In this document: in pieces, positions 57,655 through 64,000 of the stretch
Layout of the letters: each line of letters starts with the position of its first letter
How positions within the stretch are numbered: the first letter of the stretch is position 1
DNA from: Thermoplasmata archaeon
GTDB lineage: Archaea > Thermoplasmatota > E2 > DHVEG-1
Assembly: GCA_014894395.1 (NCBI GenBank)
Contig: JADBLO010000094.1
Location: 346-64,345 of the forward strand
Reading direction: 5' to 3'
DNA length: 64,000 nucleotides
Translations under genes and position numbers: made by a program
Notes under the pieces: model-generated
Database searches by the model: none
What the model was told of the DNA's origin: nothing
Seen by the model: only the letters and a program-made list of their open reading frames with translations

Positions 57655-58827
57655 CTATGTTGTCGTCAGATGATATCGTATCGCGGCAACATAGTCACCA
57701 GCCATTTGACCTATGGGAATGTTACATTTATACTCAACATCATCGGTGGTCAGATTGGTACCATTAGCTTGTGCAAGATGGTATGTTCCAATAAGTCCGT
57801 AGAAATAGATCCCACTACCGCTCGCAGTGAAATTGTCGAAGATATCTAAATCGCCACCGCGTACCCAAATCCTCTCTCGAGAAATCGTTGCTCCTGGAAA
57901 CGTTCTATGAGTTAAATCCTCGACGTCGGTAGAGAGAGAATAATTCCCGTTCGACCGTGTCACGAGTGTTATATTACTGTTCGCAGTCGCATTTTCTCCT
58001 GGGTGACCAATAATAGTCGGCCATCCAGCACTGACGATCTCACTATACGAGTAAATACCGTACTCATCGTTTATCCAAATAGTGCTCGATTGTGGGGCAT
58101 CTTCACCACTATCAGTAACTGCTATTTTAAAATTCCAGGACTCAACATCATCCGTTGTATTGTAGGTATTGTTCCAGATCCCGTCACCAGGAGCATACCT
58201 CACCTGATAACCTGGAATAAACGAAAATGTTAGATTATGACATTCTGTATGACCAGCACTCCCATAAGGATCGAACCCGACTGTATCTGAATGTGTCCCT
58301 TCAGTAATCTCACCACCATGAGGCCATAGCATCCTCCAGACAGCAGTACCCGTAGTGTTCTTATATTGAAGGAATAGATTCCAATTTCCACCCGATGTTT
58401 GATTATAAGTGCTACCGTCGTTCCCTTGATCATACCAAGCGGTGATATTTATGAATTGAATATCATCCCAGCCCTGATCACTACTGATATTAACAATGAA
58501 TCTGTATTCTGCACTATCGTTTATATCATTCTGTGCATTGAGTCTGGATACCCAGGTTCCAGACTGTTTGTACTGAAAATCATACCAATTGATTCTCGGA
58601 GGAAAATGCAGGACTGTTACATTCAAAGTTGTTGAATTATGCCATATATCAGGGATATCACCAGGATCGGCTTTCCCAATCATGATGATTGGTCCAAAAA
58701 GAAAGATATTTACTACTAGAGAGACGATTATTGTTATTCCTATTATAGCAGAAAACAACTTTCTCTTTCGTTCCATCTCCATTTTTTTTACCTTCATCCA
58801 CTCCATTATCAAGTTACTTACCGACAT
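57655..58827 (-). CDS. Sequon-rich secreted protein, member of a three-gene paralogous family (WYDQGN...NLFLQY..TGTAVWRM motif family).
   Basis: N-terminal anchor/signal. About 17 N-x-S/T sequons in 390 aa. Conserved blocks are shared with 59019..60140 and the repeats of 60286..64000. Confidence 0.6.
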   Translation of the reverse strand: MSVSNLIMEWMKVKKMEMERKRKLFSAIIGITIIVSLVVNIFLFGPIIMIGKADPGDIPDIWHNSTTLNVTVLHFPPRINWYDFQYKQSGTWVSRLNAQNDINDSAEYRFIVNISSDQGWDDIQFINITAWYDQGNDGSTYNQTSGGNWNLFLQYKNTTGTAVWRMLWPHGGEITEGTHSDTVGFDPYGSAGHTECHNLTFSFIPGYQVRYAPGDGIWNNTYNTTDDVESWNFKIAVTDSGEDAPQSSTIWINDEYGIYSYSEIVSAGWPTIIGHPGENATANSNITLVTRSNGNYSLSTDVEDLTHRTFPGATISRERIWVRGGDLDIFDNFTASGSGIYFYGLIGTYHLAQANGTNLTTDDVEYKCNIPIGQMAGDYVAAIRYHLTTT

Positions 58828-59018
58828 GCTAACAAATGTCAGGTATACTTTTTGGGAGTCAACGTATATAAAGATTTTTTGTCAAAACGTCACTCTGTAA
58901 TAGAATCATTTTAAGATAATGTTTAGATAAAAATTGATGCGATTAAAAAAAACCAAAACCGAATAATGGGTTAATATCTGATTTCAAAATAGAGGGATTA
59001 CAGTGTGTTGATAAATTC

Positions 59019-60140
59019 CTATGTAGTTTTTAGATGATAACTTATAGGAGCTGTATACTCCCCCGAGATCTGACCGAGAGGGACATCACACGTATACTCA
59101 ATATCGCTCGTTGAAAAAATCGTTCCATTTGCTTGATTACGATGATATGTTCCAGCAGATCCATAGAGGTAGACTACATCATTAAAGGCGGTGAAATTAT
59201 TTGGTAGAGCCAAATCACCACCTCGCACCCAAATCCTTTTACGAGACATATTTGCAGTAGGATGTGTTCGATGAGTTAAGTTCCCTACATCTACAGAAAG
59301 CGAATAATTCCCGTTCGAACGAGTGATAAGGGTAATATTGCTTTCTGCTGTCGCATTTTGCCCAGGATATGCATAGATAACAGGCCATCCCGCACTTATC
59401 ATTTCAGTATACGAGTAAATCCCGAATTCATCTCGAACCCAAGAAACGTACCCTTGCTCATTTGAAGCGTAGATTTTAAAATTCCAAGATTCAGGATCAT
59501 TTGTAGCATTACGGGATGTATTCCAACTCCCATCCCCAGGAGCATATCGAAATTGATATCCGGGGACAAACGAAAATGTTAGATTATGACACTCGGTAAA
59601 TCTTGGACTACCAATGGGATCATGCACAACTCTCTCGGTATATTGACCCGCAGTAACCTCGCCACCATGAGGCCATACCATCCTCCAGACAGCGGTTCCT
59701 GTAATGTTTTCATACTGAAGGAACAAATTCATGTTCCCACCAAACGTCTGGTTATAGACGGTATTCTCATTTCCTTGGTCATACCAAGCGGTGATATTCA
59801 CATACGTGATATTTTCCCATTGATAATCACTACTAATATTGACAATAAATCTGTATTCTGCACTAGCGTTTACATCACTCGGTGTATTAAGTCTAGAGAT
59901 CCAAGTCCCAGACTGATTGTACTGAAAATCATACCAATTAATCCTTGGCTCTCTATAGAGAACCGTAACGTTTAAGGTCGTCGCGTTATACCATTCTTCG
60001 CTAATATTTCCAGGATTAGCTTGCGCATTTTTCACGACAAAAGGCTCAAGACAGAACATACCAGTGAATAATGATAATACCAACGCTGTTACAACGAGAA
60101 CCGAATATATGCTCTGCTTTCCCATCCTTCTAGCCCTCAC
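59019..60140 (-). CDS. Sequon-rich secreted protein, paralog of 57655..58827.
   Basis: Signal peptide and about 20 N-x-S/T sequons in 373 aa. Shared blocks NITAWYDQGN, NLFLQYENITGTAVWRMVWPHGGE and NLTFSFVPGYQFRYAPGDGSWN. Confidence 0.6.
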   Translation of the reverse strand: MRARRMGKQSIYSVLVVTALVLSLFTGMFCLEPFVVKNAQANPGNISEEWYNATTLNVTVLYREPRINWYDFQYNQSGTWISRLNTPSDVNASAEYRFIVNISSDYQWENITYVNITAWYDQGNENTVYNQTFGGNMNLFLQYENITGTAVWRMVWPHGGEVTAGQYTERVVHDPIGSPRFTECHNLTFSFVPGYQFRYAPGDGSWNTSRNATNDPESWNFKIYASNEQGYVSWVRDEFGIYSYTEMISAGWPVIYAYPGQNATAESNITLITRSNGNYSLSVDVGNLTHRTHPTANMSRKRIWVRGGDLALPNNFTAFNDVVYLYGSAGTYHRNQANGTIFSTSDIEYTCDVPLGQISGEYTAPISYHLKTT

Positions 60141-60285
60141 TAGTTTTTACCTAATATTTTGTAACATGATTATATGTTAGGGTGCATGTCACTAATTCAT
60201 TGTCCATGATATAAAACTTTGGGTCTTGAATTTCTTTATTTTTTTTCAAGGAATCGAATTACGTAGCAATGGGGTGATCTTAATT

Positions 60286-63200
60286 TTATTTCTGTTTTAT
60301 CTTCGTGGCTACATGAGCCGTATATTCTCCTTGGATGGTACCAAAGGGTATGTAGACATTGAACTGCACGTAAACGATTTGGCTTGTGTTGTTTTTATGA
60401 AAAATACCTGATATGTTGATTACGTCAATAGCATTTAATTCTCGGATGCCATTAAACATCATATCGGCAGTGATATCATCATTAGGATCTGCATTTGCAC
60501 AGATATAGACATTATTTGCGATGGGGATGATATCACCTGACGAAACATTCGTAAGATTCTCTTCAAAAAATATACTAATATTATAGTCGTAGTTTGAAGA
60601 ATAGGTGATGTTGACAACATTCGATGTCGCATTATACCCTGGTGCTGCTCGGACATCCACCCAGTTTTTTTCAGGCAAAATAGTAGCAAATTTGTAGACT
60701 CCATACTCATCCCTCTTCCATGATTTTAAGCCAGAAGCGCCTATAACGGTGATGTTAAAGTTCCATGAAAATGAATCGCTGGTAGTGTTTTTGGTAGTGT
60801 CCCAAGTGTTATTACTGCACGCCCACCTCGTTTGACTTAGAGGTTTGAAACTTATGTTGACAATCCTCGTGGTGCTATTGATAATGGTTTCGGAACAATT
60901 TCCACTGATGATTTGCGCTTCATTATCTGGCCAAAGCATTCTGAACTGCGCAGTTCCAGTGGTATTCCTATATTGCAGAAACATATTTAGATTGCTGCCT
61001 AAGGTTTGATTGTAACTGCTGGTCTCGTTACCATGGTCATACCAAGCCATGATATTGACGTATTGAATATCAACCCATCCATTTCTATCAGTGATGTTGA
61101 TAGTAAACAAATATTCATTGTTAACATCAAGAAGCCCGGTGATATTATTTAGTTTGGAAACAGTACTATTCCTTAGATCATAGAAGTTTATTATCGGTGA
61201 AGAAAGATTTGGAGTGTAAAAACACCTCGCATCAGCGTTCAGTGGTGCTGGTTCATCAGATGAACCAGCTTTCTTTCCTATGCTGTAGAACTCATAATAA
61301 CCTCTGCCATTTGGAAAATTAAAACTCCAGTTCCAAGGGACATTAGAATCAGGATTAGAGGCATTATTCCAGATCATCCAATCTATAAAAGTTGTTGCAT
61401 TGACCCATATCTGATCGATATAGACATCATCCTCATTATCTGATCCACTACATTCAAACATGATTTGTGCAGTAGCTGTGAGGTCGTAAGCAGACTCATT
61501 TATCCACACGGTTGTATGGTAGAACTGATCATTAACAAAATCATCATTTGCATCATAATCAGCCACAGTCACCCAGCCAGTTCCATCATTGTACTTCACC
61601 CAGAAATCTTCAATAATTTCCACTGTATAGAACCAGAACTCGACTTTAAGATAATTATATCCGGGGGTTTCAAGATCCATGGTATTGGTATGATAAAACG
61701 ATGACGCAACACCGCTGTTATCCTGAATATTCGCAGCACTACTTCCTTGATGTGCATATGTTCCACCAGTATATCGTGAACAATCGTCCCCGCCATCAGT
61801 ATAATTGCCCCACCCAAGTTCAAAGTCATCGTAGGTTAACGTATCCCACCCAGTAAAATTATGGTCACTCCAGCGGTAGTACAATGTAACATTATCGACA
61901 GCAGTATAATTAGAAGCAGTAATAATAAAAGGTGATGATGTGACATTGTATGGAGAGAACGGATCAACTGAAGTGTTAAGCGGCATCGTGGTAAAATGAA
62001 ATATGGCAGAGACATTATTTATACTATCATTGACTGCTACTTTCCAATAGTAAGTGATAGAGTAATTCTCGAATTGTGAAAAGACATAACTAACCGTGGA
62101 ATTCGCACTTATACTACTGTTCGTATTTCTTAAAATCCAAACTCCGGTTCTATTCTCATACCAATACACATCAAGTGCAGCTCCCTCAGTATCATTTGCC
62201 CAGATCTGACAAAGGGATTGGAGTTCAACAGTAGTAGTACCATTTGGTGCAGGGGATATGAGTTCAATAGTTGGAGCATTTCCTCTCGGGTTGTAATGAC
62301 ATCTCGCATCAGCATTCAGTGGTGCTGGTTCATCAGATGATCCTGCTTTCCGTCCTATGCTGTAGAATTCATAGTAACCGATACCATTGGAGAAGGTGAA
62401 GTTCCAACTCCAAGGACTGTTCTCATCTGGATTGCTTACATTGTTCCATTTTGTATATCCCTGTTCCTCACTGCCAAAACTATTCCAGGACGGTGGCGTT
62501 GCCCGATATTTTCTCACAAATACATTATCCACCAATACATAATTTGACGAATCCATACTTACCCCATGAACATGCGAAACTAGATAATCAGCGGTTGTTT
62601 TGGTAGAATCTGTTACCGAACGAGCGCTATCGCCAGCTGGAGCAGATGGTGTGATTTTTGCTGAATAATCAGCATCTGAAACATTTATTTTAACATGATA
62701 CCAGGTACCTGTTGAAACAACAGGAAAAGCAGTTCCTATCTGGGTCCAGTTTGTAGGCGCAAAAAATTCAAAAAAACCCCCATCAGCCGCTGAATTCTGT
62801 AACTGCCAACAATATCCATTAGTCCAAGATAAATCATTTACTCTCCAACCAAATTGATGAATAACTCTTGGGGTCCCAGCTAAATACACATCATATTCGA
62901 TAATGCCATTTAGTATCTTGTAGGTGGTACGAATCCTTGTGTCTTGATCGCTTCTATTAGCAGGTATTGAGTTGTCAGGATCATGTCTCAGCGCTGGAGC
63001 TGAATTCCCCTGACTCTGATTAATATAAATTGAATCGGTGTTCCACGAGTCCATTACCCATTTACTTAATCCATTTGAAAAATCATCAAAGAAATAAAAC
63101 GTGTTTGTCCCGTTGCTTGTTGTTGAGGCACTGCTATTTCCGTAGTACATCCAAATGTCTGTATCATTGAGTGAATTGTTTAACCAGAAAGTAGCTTGAG

Positions 63201-64000
63201 TATCGGTAGTATAGTTCTTAAGCCAATAGGATAGTTGTGTTGTATTATCTGAATAACTTATAAATCTAGTATCACCGAAATCACTTCGTGCATGACCATT
63301 GCAGGTAACGTTTCCGCCACTTGTATTTCCTACAATGATTTTCATCTGATAGCCCCCATTTTTTCCAGTTATGGACAACAGCTTTTTGTACGACCAGCAT
63401 GGATTCCACCATGCTGAATTTTGAGAGGAATAATAATACCAGATGGTCACATTTTTCACATCATCACTTGCTGTTGCACTGATCGATAATGGAGAGATCG
63501 TGACGTTGTACGGTGAAATGGAATTGACCTGGGAGGATGGCTTAGATGTGGAATATCCACATTGCGTATCATACTCTGGTGACGATGGTGGATCTTCTCT
63601 ATTGCCTGCCTGATCATACGCTATACTATAGAACCGATAGTGGCCTTCTCCGCTGGGGAAATTGAAATTCCAACTCCAAGGTGTATTTTCATCTCTGCTA
63701 AAAGAAGTCCAAGCATTCCAACTTGATGTGTTACCTGTCCTATATTGATAGTAAAGAGTGACATTTTTAATTCCGCTCAGTTCATCACTTGTATTGGTCA
63801 CACTAATCAGTAGTGGGTTTCCTGTGGCATTATGCCAATATGTGGTAATTGGGTCAACCTGCGAAGAAGGTTTTACAGTTTCATAACCACATGATGTGTC
63901 ATTGCCCGTAAAATACTCGGCATTACTATCATTATCTACAGCAATACTATAGAATCGATAGTATCCTTCTCCATTTGGAAATGTAAAAATCCATGAAATA
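60286..64000 (-). CDS. Giant sequon-rich surface protein with internal repeats; the 5' end lies beyond the window edge, so the gene is partial.
   Basis: The frame stays open upstream of the track start (63801 is an internal GTG) through position 64000. The module PWSWNFxFPNGxGYYEFYSIG.KAGSSDEPAPLNADARC.Y recurs at least 4 times. The C-terminal portion resembles the two smaller paralogs. Confidence 0.65.
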   Translation of the reverse strand, partial: ISWIFTFPNGEGYYRFYSIAVDNDSNAEYFTGNDTSCGYETVKPSSQVDPITTYWHNATGNPLLISVTNTSDELSGIKNVTLYYQYRTGNTSSWNAWTSFSRDENTPWSWNFNFPSGEGHYRFYSIAYDQAGNREDPPSSPEYDTQCGYSTSKPSSQVNSISPYNVTISPLSISATASDDVKNVTIWYYYSSQNSAWWNPCWSYKKLLSITGKNGGYQMKIIVGNTSGGNVTCNGHARSDFGDTRFISYSDNTTQLSYWLKNYTTDTQATFWLNNSLNDTDIWMYYGNSSASTTSNGTNTFYFFDDFSNGLSKWVMDSWNTDSIYINQSQGNSAPALRHDPDNSIPANRSDQDTRIRTTYKILNGIIEYDVYLAGTPRVIHQFGWRVNDLSWTNGYCWQLQNSAADGGFFEFFAPTNWTQIGTAFPVVSTGTWYHVKINVSDADYSAKITPSAPAGDSARSVTDSTKTTADYLVSHVHGVSMDSSNYVLVDNVFVRKYRATPPSWNSFGSEEQGYTKWNNVSNPDENSPWSWNFTFSNGIGYYEFYSIGRKAGSSDEPAPLNADARCHYNPRGNAPTIELISPAPNGTTTVELQSLCQIWANDTEGAALDVYWYENRTGVWILRNTNSSISANSTVSYVFSQFENYSITYYWKVAVNDSINNVSAIFHFTTMPLNTSVDPFSPYNVTSSPFIITASNYTAVDNVTLYYRWSDHNFTGWDTLTYDDFELGWGNYTDGGDDCSRYTGGTYAHQGSSAANIQDNSGVASSFYHTNTMDLETPGYNYLKVEFWFYTVEIIEDFWVKYNDGTGWVTVADYDANDDFVNDQFYHTTVWINESAYDLTATAQIMFECSGSDNEDDVYIDQIWVNATTFIDWMIWNNASNPDSNVPWNWSFNFPNGRGYYEFYSIGKKAGSSDEPAPLNADARCFYTPNLSSPIINFYDLRNSTVSKLNNITGLLDVNNEYLFTINITDRNGWVDIQYVNIMAWYDHGNETSSYNQTLGSNLNMFLQYRNTTGTAQFRMLWPDNEAQIISGNCSETIINSTTRIVNISFKPLSQTRWACSNNTWDTTKNTTSDSFSWNFNITVIGASGLKSWKRDEYGVYKFATILPEKNWVDVRAAPGYNATSNVVNITYSSNYDYNISIFFEENLTNVSSGDIIPIANNVYICANADPNDDITADMMFNGIRELNAIDVINISGIFHKNNTSQIVYVQFNVYIPFGTIQGEYTAHVATKIKQK
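61250..64000 (-). repeat. Intragenic nucleotide repeats, period roughly 1.1-1.3 kb, inside the giant surface-protein gene.
   Basis: Similar DNA blocks occur at about 61255-61380, 62335-62450, 63600-63725 and 63930-64000, all encoding the YYEFYSI...PWSWNF module. Confidence 0.5.

Overview
The window is probably from a low-GC (about 40%) euryarchaeon, most likely a methanogen. Clues are GlmU-type bifunctional sugar-1-phosphate nucleotidyltransferase/acetyltransferases flanking glmS, a WbpB/D/E-like acetamido-sugar module, PQQ/PKD surface proteins, a PGF-like C-terminal anchor and DUF2284. Nearly all of it is a very large cell-surface glycosylation island framed by families of paralogous secreted proteins. 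No rRNA, tRNA, CRISPR array, transposase, integrase or recognisable defense cassette was found.

Layout from start to end:
- 1-6688, minus strand: three tandem paralogs of a large secreted DUF2341 + LamG protein. The first is cut by the window edge.
- 7056-12970, plus strand: glmU-like, glmS, a second glmU-like paralog, and an MOP/Wzx-type flippase.
- 13010-37745, minus strand: about 25 kb of co-directional genes, many with 4-8 nt stop/start overlaps.
  - a GT2 glycosyltransferase, two SAM O-methyltransferases and a split transketolase (TPP half plus C-terminal half);
  - a putative deoxy/branched-sugar tailoring set: two SDR epimerase/reductases, an RmlC-like cupin 3,5-epimerase and a TylCIII-like NDP-hexose C-methyltransferase;
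  - a GDP-D-glycero-alpha-D-manno-heptose pathway: GmhA isomerase, HddA-like GHMP kinase, and a tri-domain fusion of HddC-like nucleotidyltransferase, GmhB HAD phosphatase and a uridine-kinase/PRK-family P-loop domain;
  - a complete legionaminic/pseudaminic-type nonulosonic acid pathway: PglF/PseB-like dehydratase, DegT aminotransferase, WbuX/PseA-like PP-loop amidotransferase, LbH acetyltransferase, hydrolysing NeuC-like 2-epimerase, NeuB-like synthase, SDR, Gfo/Idh/MocA oxidoreductase, NeuA-like CMP-synthetase and a second NeuB paralog;
  - a TagF-like HP-motif GT-B transferase.
- 37807-44635: a GT2, a WbpB/WbpD/WbpE-like UDP-2,3-diacetamido-sugar module, a GalU-like UTP-glucose-1-P uridylyltransferase, a nucleotide-sugar 6-dehydrogenase and an epimerase.
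- 44750-64000: surface/secreted proteins and a few others.
  - a zinc-ribbon miniprotein and a cold-shock protein;
  - a short member of the DUF2341-family N-module, a parallel beta-helix protein, DUF2284, and a frameshifted, truncated epimerase pseudogene;
  - a PQQ-propeller/PKD protein and a gingipain(C25)-like peptidase;
  - a membrane PAS protein operon;
  - a family of extremely N-glycosylation-sequon-rich paralogs. The last is a >1171-aa protein with internal roughly 1.1-1.3 kb repeats that runs off the window.

Several start codons in the ORF track appear to be GTG/TTG extensions, and the corrected ATG starts are given in the features. The most interesting items are:
- the archaeal nonulosonic acid plus amidotransferase pathway;
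- the heptose pathway with the unusual nucleotidyltransferase-phosphatase-PRK/Udk fusion;
- the split transketolase embedded in the glycan cluster;
- the flanking expansions of paralogous surface proteins, which are the likely glycan acceptors.
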